64,000 nt of DNA from an uncultured Porphyromonadaceae bacterium (GCA_964512915.1 CAZEKJ010000002.1:152977-216976); one strand, 5' to 3'. Counted from the first letter of the stretch, positions 45,243 to 54,447 are shown. Numbers and translations: made by a program. The notes: generated by a model from the sequence alone, not told the origin.

Positions 45243-47761
45243 AAATGAAAATATCATCAGCAGACATAAAAGATGACCCAAACATCGGCTTAAACCCATG
45301 GAAAGACTATATTCTTCAAGAATTCGTTGGTAAAGGAAAAATTGGAAAAGTATACAAAGCTATAAGTAAAGCTAATCCAAACGATATTTTAGCCTGCAAA
45401 GTGATTTTACCCGAAAAGCTAAAAGCTGGATGGGAACGAGAATTAGAAAAACTATCAATGCTTAGAGGCATCTCGACTGTTGTTCCATATTTTAATTCTG
45501 GTGTTGCTTCATATGATCTCAACAAGTCATATGTTTTTGTCATGTATCAATTTATTGATGGATGCAATCTGAAAGATTATATAAAACAGCATGGAAATAT
45601 TGACTTAGCATTAATTGAGCTCTTAGCCCAAACAATTATCAAGGTTTTATTTGCTTGCCAGAAGGTAAATATCCTACATGGGGACCTACATGAAGGTAAT
45701 ATTATGATTAGCAAACCTGATGACCGAATTGTAGGCAGCCCAAAAACTATTTGGGTTACAGACTTCGGATACGGTGGTTCTCATAATCACGTTCGACCAA
45801 AAGATGATCTAAAGCAGCTATTCTCAATTCTCTCAGCACTGCTCCATAAGTTAAGCAAAAGCGAATTAAACCCGAGGGACCGAATCGTTTATGATAAAAT
45901 TCAGGAACTTCTTGATACCAAATTATTAGAACACGACGCTACTCAAAAGAAGTATGCATCCATCGAATCAATAGTATATGATTTCGAAAACATTGGTAGA
46001 AATGCTGAAGTTCAAGTAGCCGTGGAAAAGCAAGGAGGGTTAGTTCAAGGTCCGGGTGATTATTTATGGGCTGAAGCGTTAGGCTATAGGGCGAACGAAT
46101 GGAAGATTTTATTTGTTCCTGAAATCTTAGGATCAAGAGATCTTTTAAGTAAAAACATCACCATACTAACCGGTGCCAGAGGATGTGGAAAAACTATGGC
46201 ATTTAGACGTCTTACGGCTTACATGGATGCCCTAATAGGTGAGAATTCCGGTGTTCAAGGTGCGGACGAATTTGTTGGTTTTTATGTCAATTGTAGAGAT
46301 ATTGTAGAAGCATTTCCCTGGCTTCCCCTTGAAGGGAATATTGCCATTGCACATCAAATAATCCATTTTTTTCACCTCTTATGGCTTGCTGAGATATGTA
46401 AAACATTGGCAATTAAAGATATAACTATAAGTTTCAATTGGTTAGATTCATTCATTAACAAGATATTTAAGAATAGGTACCAGAGTTTGCCTGAAGGCGC
46501 AGATGTTTTATCTCACGTAAGGGCATTTGTAGAAAATGAAAAGGAAAAATGTCGACTTACGAGAGTTGGGAAAATTGATGGAATTGAGGAATGGCCATTA
46601 CTAAGAATAGATTTTTTAGACTTGGTGCAAAAAGAACTCCACCAAAATATTCCTTGGATTGCTAGGCGACCATTATATTTCTTTTTAGATGATTATACAA
46701 TTCCGACTATTACGCGCTCAACACAACGTGTTTTAAATCCAATTATCTTCAAAAGGAGAAGCGATCTATTTTTTAAAATTTCAACTGAGTCCTCAAATAG
46801 TTTTGACAATTTGGGAATTCAAGGAAAACCTCTTGAACTAAATCAGGATTATGAACTAATTGATATGGCAACTGAAAGCTTGCACCAGAATGAAAGGAGC
46901 AAGCAAGAATTGTTAAACAAGATTTTCATTCCCAGGATAGATAGACATATAAAATTAAAAAATCAAAACCTTAACCTTTTAGATATCCTCGGCAAAACAA
47001 CATTTTCGGGTAACGAATTAGCACGGAAAATGCGAGAAGCCTCCCAGAATGGAAATCAGAAAAGAATTGAATATCATGGTATTAGTGCATTTGTAGGTAT
47101 GTGGTCCAGTGATACACGATCAATGATTCAAATGTTTGTCGATGTGCTTCGTGAAGCCGAGATTGACACTAGTGGACAGCCCTTTTTCCCAGTTAAAGCT
47201 GCAATACAGGATCGCGTATATAGGACCGCGGGAGGTGAATTATTAAAATTTATGGAATCAGTTACTGATCCTTCCTCTTGGGAACTTGGTAAGCTTGAAA
47301 CCTCTACGAAACTTGGTGGGAAATTCGGAAATCACCTGAAAGACATTGTTGAAGCATTCATTAATGTTTCTCGGTACGAGATGACTCAGGGTAACTTGGT
47401 CTCAAATCAAGGACGACAAATCCCTAAACAGGCATTTCGAATTGAGATTCTGGATAAGTTTGAACTGCCAGAAGAAATATCGAATAGCTATTATATAGGT
47501 TTAACTAGATGGCATATTTTTTTCCAGGATTGGAGAGGGAAGAGCGTGAGAGGAATGCTTACACCACGACTCTTTTTAAACCGGATGTTAATCCCTTATA
47601 CAAATCTGACATTTTCATCGCATGACAGTTTAGCATTTAATAACGACGAGTTCATTAGGCTCTTGGCAGACCCCAAAGCATTCTATGTTTACTGGAAGAA
47701 AAAGCGAAGAGGCCCGATCAATGTCGACACAGGCCCTAATTTATTCAATCAGAAATCTTAG
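45236..47761 (+). CDS. Ser/Thr-protein-kinase-like domain fused to a P-loop NTPase
   Basis: Kinase motifs are the Gly loop VGKGKIGKVY, Lys ILACKVI, catalytic loop HGDLHEGNIMI and DFG (VTDFGYG). Next come Walker A ILTGARGCGKTMAF and Walker B LYFFLDDYT, then about 350 further residues. The start ATG overlaps the methyltransferase stop (ATGTTGA). Confidence 0.8.
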   Translation: MLKMKISSADIKDDPNIGLNPWKDYILQEFVGKGKIGKVYKAISKANPNDILACKVILPEKLKAGWERELEKLSMLRGISTVVPYFNSGVASYDLNKSYVFVMYQFIDGCNLKDYIKQHGNIDLALIELLAQTIIKVLFACQKVNILHGDLHEGNIMISKPDDRIVGSPKTIWVTDFGYGGSHNHVRPKDDLKQLFSILSALLHKLSKSELNPRDRIVYDKIQELLDTKLLEHDATQKKYASIESIVYDFENIGRNAEVQVAVEKQGGLVQGPGDYLWAEALGYRANEWKILFVPEILGSRDLLSKNITILTGARGCGKTMAFRRLTAYMDALIGENSGVQGADEFVGFYVNCRDIVEAFPWLPLEGNIAIAHQIIHFFHLLWLAEICKTLAIKDITISFNWLDSFINKIFKNRYQSLPEGADVLSHVRAFVENEKEKCRLTRVGKIDGIEEWPLLRIDFLDLVQKELHQNIPWIARRPLYFFLDDYTIPTITRSTQRVLNPIIFKRRSDLFFKISTESSNSFDNLGIQGKPLELNQDYELIDMATESLHQNERSKQELLNKIFIPRIDRHIKLKNQNLNLLDILGKTTFSGNELARKMREASQNGNQKRIEYHGISAFVGMWSSDTRSMIQMFVDVLREAEIDTSGQPFFPVKAAIQDRVYRTAGGELLKFMESVTDPSSWELGKLETSTKLGGKFGNHLKDIVEAFINVSRYEMTQGNLVSNQGRQIPKQAFRIEILDKFELPEEISNSYYIGLTRWHIFFQDWRGKSVRGMLTPRLFLNRMLIPYTNLTFSSHDSLAFNNDEFIRLLADPKAFYVYWKKKRRGPINVDTGPNLFNQKS

Positions 47762-47771
47762 AATTACCAAT

Positions 47772-48842
47772 ATGAACCTTTCAGAATTGAATTCTGCTCA
47801 AATATTGGAACCTAATGGCAGGAGATTGTTTATTGGCGCCTATGGTTTCGAACATCGAACGTTGGGATGGCTTGAGTATCAAAAATCCCAGAAAGATATT
47901 ATAAATCATGCTCTTATGTTCAGATATAACCCTTCAAAAGGTCATGAGAACAATCCAAACAAAATTAAGGAAGTAAATAAAGCCCTAACGGCTATCGGGG
48001 CGCACCATCAACCTGATGAGATTATCTATAGTTGGCTTATGCCTCAAGGTGTTGAAAATGATATCGAAGATTATTTTGCCTCTCATCTAAAAAATTTTAA
48101 TGAGGTCATTGTGGATGTGTCTTCCATGACCAAGTTCTTAATACTAATTTGTCTATGTAAACTTATCCATTTCAATGGTGCGGTTAGAATCATCTATTCT
48201 GAGGCAGAGAAATATTCGCCTACCTTTAAGGATTATGAAAAGTCAATGGAGGATATGGCTTTTCTAGCAATGTTCCCAAGTCAGGGTGTTCGTGCAATAG
48301 CGAGAGCAAGATGTTTGAGTAGTATAAGAATGCAAGGACAGCCGATTACGCTCATTACCTTCACATCATTTAATGAACAACTGGTTCGTCATCTTTTAGG
48401 AACAATGAATCCACATCAACTGGTATTTATTAATGGTCACCCCCCCCGTCCTGATTTCGCTTGGAGAGAAAAGGCCACTCAGGAAATTCATAAAAAATTG
48501 ATTGAAGCATACAAATCTGATAATCCAATAGGAGGTAATGGTCTTTTGGTAAATAGTGTAAGTACGCTTGACTACAAAGAAACCGTAGAAATCATTAACA
48601 GAATTTACTTGCAACTTGGAAGTTATGAGCGAATAATTTGTGGAGCAACGGGTAGCAAAATGCAAACAGTTGGCTTGTTTTTTGCTAAGGTTTTGCATCC
48701 TGATATTCATATTGAGTACCCAACACCTGATAGTTATTATTTTGAGGGATTAAGTCAAGGGATACGAAAAATTTATGAAATCGAGATTCCGAATTTTTCA
48801 AAATTCGTTGAAGATCAAAAGATTCATTCAATTGACAGTTGA
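47772..48842 (+). CDS. hypothetical protein (356 aa), two Rossmann-like halves, no catalytic motif recognised
   Basis: ATG 47772 lies 10 nt after the upstream stop. It contains VIVDVSSMTKFLILICL and RIICGATGSKMQTVGLFFA, two similar strand-loop-helix elements loosely reminiscent of CARF-type D/GxTGGTK loops. Earlier in-frame ATGs at 47685 and 47721 overlap the upstream gene. Confidence 0.6.
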   Translation: MNLSELNSAQILEPNGRRLFIGAYGFEHRTLGWLEYQKSQKDIINHALMFRYNPSKGHENNPNKIKEVNKALTAIGAHHQPDEIIYSWLMPQGVENDIEDYFASHLKNFNEVIVDVSSMTKFLILICLCKLIHFNGAVRIIYSEAEKYSPTFKDYEKSMEDMAFLAMFPSQGVRAIARARCLSSIRMQGQPITLITFTSFNEQLVRHLLGTMNPHQLVFINGHPPRPDFAWREKATQEIHKKLIEAYKSDNPIGGNGLLVNSVSTLDYKETVEIINRIYLQLGSYERIICGATGSKMQTVGLFFAKVLHPDIHIEYPTPDSYYFEGLSQGIRKIYEIEIPNFSKFVEDQKIHSIDS

Positions 48843-48879
48843 AGGAAGATGCGTCCTTAAAAAAACACTTGAGATTTTT

Positions 48880-49179
48880 TTAGTCTTCTATCCACCAAGA
48901 GAAATTATCTGTAATAATGAATTCATTTTTCTCTAAATGGTGTGCTGTCTTCATGGGAATTGTCCGATACTGCAAATGATGCTTGTCCGCGAGAAGTCGT
49001 TTTTCTTTTGTGTCGTCATACGTCAACATAAATCTACCCTTGAGTTGTGCTGTCAACTTAAGTAACTTTTCATGATCTATATTGAAGTATGTGTACAGGC
49101 CTTTCATGGAAGCCTGTAATAAGGAACTGGTTGATTCAGTAACTATATCCAATACCGAACTTAGTGCCACTATTGACAT
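48880..49179 (-). pseudogene. Dam-type (D12 class) N6-adenine methyltransferase, C-terminal fragment
   Basis: ...HEKLLKLTAQLKGRFMLTYDDTKEKRLLADKH...HHLEKNEFIITDNF is the C-terminal block of D12 methylases. The N-terminal catalytic part is missing, and the 211-bp repeat begins 12 bp beyond it. Confidence 0.5.
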
Positions 49180-49190
49180 GCTCTCCTAGG

Positions 49191-49401
49191 TGGAAGAAAC
49201 GGATAAAATGACCAGTCCCCGCCATTTTGGGTTGACCAGTTCCTATTGAGTTAATTGACCCAAGATAAACTTCTCGCTATAAGTCTGATGGCGACAACAA
49301 ATTAGGTAGTCAAATTATTCCGGCCGCCGCTGATCAACGCGTTCGGCGGAAGGTGGTAAAATAGACCGGCAAGGACTGGATTTTTCCCTCGGCGTATCCA
49401 C
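49191..49401 (-). repeat. 211-bp MITE-like repeat, copy A (derived from the IS630 left end)
   Basis: It is nearly identical to 52399-52609 and homologous in reverse to 4744-4955. Its ends TGGAAGAAACGGATAAAATGACCAGTCC and GGACTGGATTTTTCCCTCGGCGTATCCAC form an imperfect terminal inverted repeat. Confidence 0.75.
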
Positions 49402-49447
49402 TAAGTCAATTGTATGACTATTCACATCACTTAGTCAAATGAGAAAC

Positions 49448-50626
49448 CTATTTTACTATTGCAAGTACTGGATTATCCATTTCAGTCAGACCTTTGAGTT
49501 TTTTCAATAAGATTGGATCTATGCTTTGAGAATCAAGCAATCCTTTGTTAGCAGCAAGTCCAAGCTGTTCAGCATCAATTGAAAAGATTAAACCCTCATT
49601 TGAGTATCCCACAAAATGAAATAATGGGAAAGAAATTCCGAAAAGGTTGACATCCGAAAGTTTCTTCACTTTAGATTCATCTTTTTTATAATTCACTTTA
49701 CATATATACCTAAACTGATCATTACTAGCATGACAATACAAGTAATCTCCAACAACACAAAACCATCCACTCTTAAAGGACAATTTATTCTCCCGGAATA
49801 ATGATCCCATACTTTTTGCCGATTCAATTTCCTTTTTGGAAAGGCTACCTATTCCTTTGGGGGAGAAATCAATTTTTAGAAACGGTGTAATTCCCTGAGG
49901 AACTATTGAGTAAATGGTATCTGTCAAGTAATATGAAAACAAAATTGAGTCTCTAAAATTTTGAAAATTCAAGATTTCGCCCATTTCAATTGCACCATCC
50001 TTAATTCGGTGCATCAATGGAAATGGTTCTGATTTTTCATTAATTAAACGATAAACCTTGAACGGCATTTTTGAATTGATGTCAGAAACGAAAAGGTCTA
50101 CATCTTTTGAAATATTCGCGAATTCATTTACCCAAAAAGGAAGTTGAGTTTTTTTAACTAATACACCGTCTTTTGAAAACTGGTGAATGATCATTCCTCC
50201 ATCTAATATATAGATATCCCCATTTTCGACATTAACCGAAATTTTGTTAGCTGACATAATCTCTCCAGGACCCTTGCCCTTTTTTGACTTCCATATCAGC
50301 TCTCCAAAATTGTTGAAAATATACACATTACCCAGTGAACCTTGCCTTTCTTCACGCAAATAAACTCTGTCTTCCAGAATTTGAGCGAACCCAATTTTAG
50401 AAATAAATAAAAAGCTATCCCTTTGTTCGGGTGACTTGGCAAATTTTTCTATTCTATTGCTGATGGGTAATATTCTTACTAGCGTAAAATCAAATTGATT
50501 GTCTTCTTCAAGGTTTATTTTAACCGTTTGTAAATCAAAAGAATTATTTAAGGTCAGCCTGTTCCTTTGGCAGTTAGTAAAGGTCACCAACAAAAATGTA
50601 AGTACTAAATGGCAAAATATTCTCAT
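49448..50626 (-). CDS. 6-bladed beta-propeller family lipoprotein (BF3164-like)
   Basis: The signal MRIFCHLVLTFLLVTFTNC is followed by the KKGKGPGEI motif and a repeated-strand pattern. It is a paralog of 3095-4342. Its start overlaps the upstream gene's stop by 4 nt. Confidence 0.65.
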   Translation of the reverse strand: MRIFCHLVLTFLLVTFTNCQRNRLTLNNSFDLQTVKINLEEDNQFDFTLVRILPISNRIEKFAKSPEQRDSFLFISKIGFAQILEDRVYLREERQGSLGNVYIFNNFGELIWKSKKGKGPGEIMSANKISVNVENGDIYILDGGMIIHQFSKDGVLVKKTQLPFWVNEFANISKDVDLFVSDINSKMPFKVYRLINEKSEPFPLMHRIKDGAIEMGEILNFQNFRDSILFSYYLTDTIYSIVPQGITPFLKIDFSPKGIGSLSKKEIESAKSMGSLFRENKLSFKSGWFCVVGDYLYCHASNDQFRYICKVNYKKDESKVKKLSDVNLFGISFPLFHFVGYSNEGLIFSIDAEQLGLAANKGLLDSQSIDPILLKKLKGLTEMDNPVLAIVK

Positions 50627-51228
50627 TTTAATAAATGCTTATAGAATGATAAATATGTTTCTGTTCGAATTGGTAAATATGTTTCTGATTGAAAAAAATA
50701 CGAAATATTTTTACTATTCTTAGAGTAAATGCAATAAAATGGAGAATCAAACGCGTTGAAGAAATTTTCGTAAAATGAATGATTAACAAACGTAATAGGA
50801 TAGTCTAAAGCCATGGTATTGGCAAAGATAATTGCCTCTCTTTTTGATTGACCAAAGTAGATGAATTGGCATTCACTTTTCGAAAAATTAAACTTTTTTA
50901 TTAATTCTATTTCCGAATTAACGCAAGGAGAACAAAAATCACTGGAAACAAAAACGATAAAACTTTTAGCATTTAAATTGTTAGAGTTAACAACGCTATC
51001 AATCAAATTTACAACTTCCAGCTTAGATAACGATCCTTCGAGAAGAATCTGACTTTCTCCTTTTATTTTTTGAATAACTACCTCATGGGTATCAATACTA
51101 TTTCTTAACAAAACTTCTGTCTCAATCGCCTTGCTCAATTTACTTTTCACACTAAAGTATAAAATACAGCCTATTACGATAAATATAATAACTAGAAGAT
51201 CTCCGATATTCTTTACTATTCTTGACAT
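50623..51228 (-). CDS. thioredoxin-fold (TlpA/redoxin-like) membrane-anchored protein
   Basis: It has an N-terminal TM segment (LLVIIFIVIGCILYF) and a CxxC active-site context FVSSDFCSPCVNSEIELIKKF. Confidence 0.6.
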   Translation of the reverse strand: MSRIVKNIGDLLVIIFIVIGCILYFSVKSKLSKAIETEVLLRNSIDTHEVVIQKIKGESQILLEGSLSKLEVVNLIDSVVNSNNLNAKSFIVFVSSDFCSPCVNSEIELIKKFNFSKSECQFIYFGQSKREAIIFANTMALDYPITFVNHSFYENFFNAFDSPFYCIYSKNSKNISYFFQSETYLPIRTETYLSFYKHLLK

Positions 51229-51283
51229 ATTACAGTCTTAAAAAAACGGGCAAGTAAATCTTGCCCGTTTACATTATTACATA

Positions 51284-51583
51284 TTAATCTGGGTAGGGGT
51301 CTTCAAACTGTGTACAATTTTTGGTCCAATCACAGAAGAAGCAACATTCGGATTCACAAGACCCAAGATAGTTCACTTCAAACTCACAAACAAAAAGCCA
51401 GTTGGCGTTCGTGCAGTTTTCACAGAGGACTTCTGTTTGGTCCCATTCCATAGCAGTTGTAACGCAATTGCAATCCTTACCACCAGGTTTCTCACTCATT
51501 GCTGGCATTGGGAAGATAATCACATTTATCAGCAATAAAAAGAATACGATAATAACCGGCGAAATAATTTTTAACTTTTTCAT
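51284..51583 (-). CDS. secreted Cys-rich protein, paralog A (10 Cys in the predicted mature part)
   Basis: MKKLKIISPVIIVFFLLLINVIIFPMPAMS is a signal peptide. It is followed by ...DCNCVTT...LCENC...VCEFEVNYLGSCESECCFFCDWTKNCTQFEDPYPD. An alternative upstream ATG at 51619 would overlap paralog B. Confidence 0.6.
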   Translation of the reverse strand: MKKLKIISPVIIVFFLLLINVIIFPMPAMSEKPGGKDCNCVTTAMEWDQTEVLCENCTNANWLFVCEFEVNYLGSCESECCFFCDWTKNCTQFEDPYPD

Positions 51584-51599
51584 AATCTGGAGTTTTGCT

Positions 51600-51884
51600 T
51601 TATTCATCAGGGATTTCAAAATTCAAGCAGTTTTGTGTCCAATTGCAGAAGTAGCAATGTGTTGATCTACATGTTTGCAAATAATCCTTTTTATATTCAC
51701 AAACATTAACTTTGAAGGTGGATGAGCATCCGCCACAATCCAGTGACTTAAGTTCATAATCCTTTGCTGTCATAACACAATAATCGCTTCCTTCATCTGC
51801 AATTACCTTTTGAGTAAAGGGCGTTTCTATGACAACTAAAACAAACAGGAAACTCAAAACAAGCCAAGGTTTAAATTTTTTCAT
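51600..51884 (-). CDS. secreted Cys-rich protein, paralog B (8 Cys in the predicted mature part)
   Basis: MKKFKPWLVLSFLFVLVVIETPFT is a signal peptide. It is followed by ...YCVMT...LDCGGC...VCEYKKDYLQTCRSTHCYFCNWTQNCLNFEIPDE. It shares the C-terminal pattern VCE[FY]..-YL..C.S..C.FC.WT.NC..FE.P with paralog A. Confidence 0.6.
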   Translation of the reverse strand: MKKFKPWLVLSFLFVLVVIETPFTQKVIADEGSDYCVMTAKDYELKSLDCGGCSSTFKVNVCEYKKDYLQTCRSTHCYFCNWTQNCLNFEIPDE

Positions 51885-52262
51885 ATACGTGAACAAATTA
51901 AAATTATGCCTACTAATTTTACGGGTCTTTCGGCATTGGCCCTGTAGATACCGGGTGATCATTCCTTTCTACTATCCTAATATTGAACATGTTCACAAAA
52001 ACTATATTACTAAGGAATCAACTAGGGATCCTCGTTTGATTGGAAAAATTGTAACATCATTCAGCCCTTATTAAAATCAATTATAGCGCAATCTTAAAAT
52101 AAGTGATTCGTATCGATAATTTAATGTGCCAATTTTACAAATCTTACTAATAGAATTCGTATTTTATTCAGTGTAAAATTACTATTGTACTCGGACCGCA
52201 CAATGACAAGATTGTCATTATTTTAGCAACTCCGAAATGTTCATATTTAAGAATTTACATAT

Positions 52263-52394
52263 TTAACTTAGTGTTTCTATTGTAGGCATCGACTGCATGG
52301 CTTCAATCCTTCCAATGTGTATTCCAGTTTCTTCAAAGAATTGAATTTGGCTTAACCCCTTTTGAATGCCTGCATCCTTGATTTTCCGAATCAT
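52263..52394 (-). pseudogene. XRE-family HTH regulator, truncated paralog of 7655-7921
   Basis: MIRKIKDAGIQKGLSQIQFFEETGIHIGRIEAMQSMPTIETLS is followed by a stop. The next frame continues KICKFLNMNISELLK. It shares TGIHIGRIE with the intact gene. Confidence 0.5.
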
Positions 52395-52398
52395 TTCA

Positions 52399-52609
52399 TG
52401 GAAGAAACGGATAAAATGACCAGTCCCCGCTATTTTGGGTTGATCAGTTCCTATTGAGTTAATTGACCCAAGATAAACTTCTCGCTATAAGTCTGATGGC
52501 GACAACAAATTAGGTAGTCAAATTATTCCGGCCGCCGCTGATCAACGCGTTCGGCGGAAGGTGGTAAAATAAACCGGCAAGGACTGGTTTTTTCCCTCGG
52601 CGTATCCAC
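52399..52609 (-). repeat. 211-bp MITE-like repeat, copy B
   Basis: It has the same length and ends as copy A with a handful of substitutions. It begins 5 bp from the truncated XRE start codon. Confidence 0.75.
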
Positions 52610-53226
52610 CTGGCTTTTGTTTTTCCCATTTTAATTGTTTTTTGTATGAGTGATAAATACGAAGATAAAACAAAAGCCCCGACCACCGTTTATAAAGAAT
52701 AGCCATGGCTCTGCTCTTGTGGAGGTTTTGTTTACCGGAACCTACATAATCTCGCCCTATTTAGGTAGGATTATCCAGGAAGGATGGCGGCAAGGAACCT
52801 GTTTTGCCAGGCGTTTCCGGAAGGCATTCATTAGCTCATCCTCTTAACTATAGATCCTCCTGCCCAGGTAGTAAGCCTGGATAAGACCGATTTTGGACCA
52901 ATGATGCAGAGTAGGCAAGGTAATGTAGAGAGTGTTAATCATTTTCAGGTTCTGACAATCGATTGAAACAAGAAAGTTGATCGAGACCCTTCGTTAGTGT
53001 TTCAGGTACTAAAACTAAGTCGTGGTATTCTCTTGCCAACTTTCTACAGTAAATCTACTGGTTGCCAAAGTGTGAAATTGCCAGGTCTGATATTGAGCCA
53101 TATCGAGTTTTGAAAATGTAAGAAAATCAATAAGATGTGGAGGGGGAGGGGTTAGAAACTATGCAAATAGTATGCAAATAAAAAGAGGTTAGGCTCGCTT
53201 GCGTTCCTAACCTCTTGATTTTCAAG

Positions 53227-53300
53227 TGGGCCCACCTGGGCTTGAACCAGGGACCCTCTGATTATGAGTCAGATGCTCTGACCAGCTGAGCTATGGGCCC
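53227..53300 (-). tRNA. tRNA with CAU anticodon (Met, or Ile2 if lysidine-modified)
   Basis: The minus strand reads GGGCCCATAGCTCAGCTGGTCAGAGCATCTGACTCATAATCAGAGGGTCCCTGGTTCAAGCCCAGGTGGGCCCA. It has a 7-bp acceptor stem GGGCCCA/TGGGCCC, an anticodon stem TCTGA/TCAGA with loop CTCATAA, and a T-arm CTGGTTCAAGCCCAG. No CCA is encoded. Confidence 0.9.
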
Positions 53301-53374
53301 GTTCCTCAACCGTAAAACGATCTTGGGTTTGCAAAGATAAGAAATTTTTCAATCGGTGAATTCTATGAGGCTTC

Positions 53375-54265
53375 TCAATCCCGCAAGAAAGACAGTACAT
53401 AGCCGGCAAAGGTCTCGGGTACCTGGTACATCATCCCATGCCCGGTATCATTTACTTTTATCAAGGTTGAAGTGGAGATGGATTCAGCCAGAATGGAGGA
53501 GTTTATCCAGGGAACAACCTTATCCTGATCGCCACAAATCAATAAAACAGGCATGGTTAACTCATTCAACCGCCCGTAGGATCCACCACCTGGGCTCAGC
53601 CACATTTGCACCGCCTCATATTGAATTCCAATGGTTTGGCCGTTATAAGGTTCTTTTACATCGGGCAGAAAAGTCCAGGGCTCCGGATGGGTAGCAAGCC
53701 AGTCGTCAGGGAAAAGTGTGCCTAATAATTCCATCGGGGTAGACGATGGGTTCGAGAGAATTTCAATAATCTCCTGAGAGGGATTTACAGCGGTAGTATC
53801 TCCGCAATTTGTGGCATACAAAACGAGTTTGTTGATTTTTTCCGGATGGTTGATGGCAAACATCTGAGCAACAAAGCCTCCCATTGACCAGCCCAGAACA
53901 TGTGTTTTATTGATTTTTAACGCAACAAGCATCTGATTCAAATCCTCTGCCAGCGTGTTGATAGTAAAGGAGTTGGCTGAATTGGTGCTGTAGCCCATTC
54001 CGCGGTAATCAAACACTATGACCTTATAATTTTGCTGCAGTCGTTCAATCGCCTCAGTTCCCCAGGAGTCCATGTTGGAGGCATACCCCATACACATCAG
54101 CAGCGGTTCACCGGATCCATACGTTTGATAGGCGATTGTCGCATCCTGAAGCTCAACAAACAGTGGGTTGTCTTCGGTTGAATTATCCTTATTGCAGCTA
54201 ACCAGAAAGGTTGATACAAGGATAAACCCCAGGATTTTTTTAAAGGCATAAACTTGCTGTTTCAT
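53375..54265 (-). CDS. alpha/beta-fold hydrolase (lipoprotein)
   Basis: It has a signal with lipobox (LVSTFLVSC), the nucleophile elbow HVLGWSMGG, and a C-terminal DTGHGMMYQ (His box). Confidence 0.8.
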   Translation of the reverse strand: MKQQVYAFKKILGFILVSTFLVSCNKDNSTEDNPLFVELQDATIAYQTYGSGEPLLMCMGYASNMDSWGTEAIERLQQNYKVIVFDYRGMGYSTNSANSFTINTLAEDLNQMLVALKINKTHVLGWSMGGFVAQMFAINHPEKINKLVLYATNCGDTTAVNPSQEIIEILSNPSSTPMELLGTLFPDDWLATHPEPWTFLPDVKEPYNGQTIGIQYEAVQMWLSPGGGSYGRLNELTMPVLLICGDQDKVVPWINSSILAESISTSTLIKVNDTGHGMMYQVPETFAGYVLSFLRD

Positions 54266-54447
54266 AAACCGGTGTTTGGGTCAGTTAATTATTCTAAATG
54301 TAGGATTTATAGAATTAATGTGGATGGTGCCCTCTCATATTCCCATTCAACCCCTGTATTCCGTCATTCACATCCGGAGAAAATCTTGACCAAACCAGGT
54401 AAAAAGAGCCCTGTTTTTCCCCGTCAGAAGCCTTATATTCACCTCCT

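Noticed and set aside
52610-53226. An integrase gene next to the tRNA
   Set aside because: Only short interrupted frames were found on either strand (for example MINTLYITLPTLHHWSKIGLIQAYYLGRRIYS then stop). None shows recombinase boxes. I left the region unannotated.
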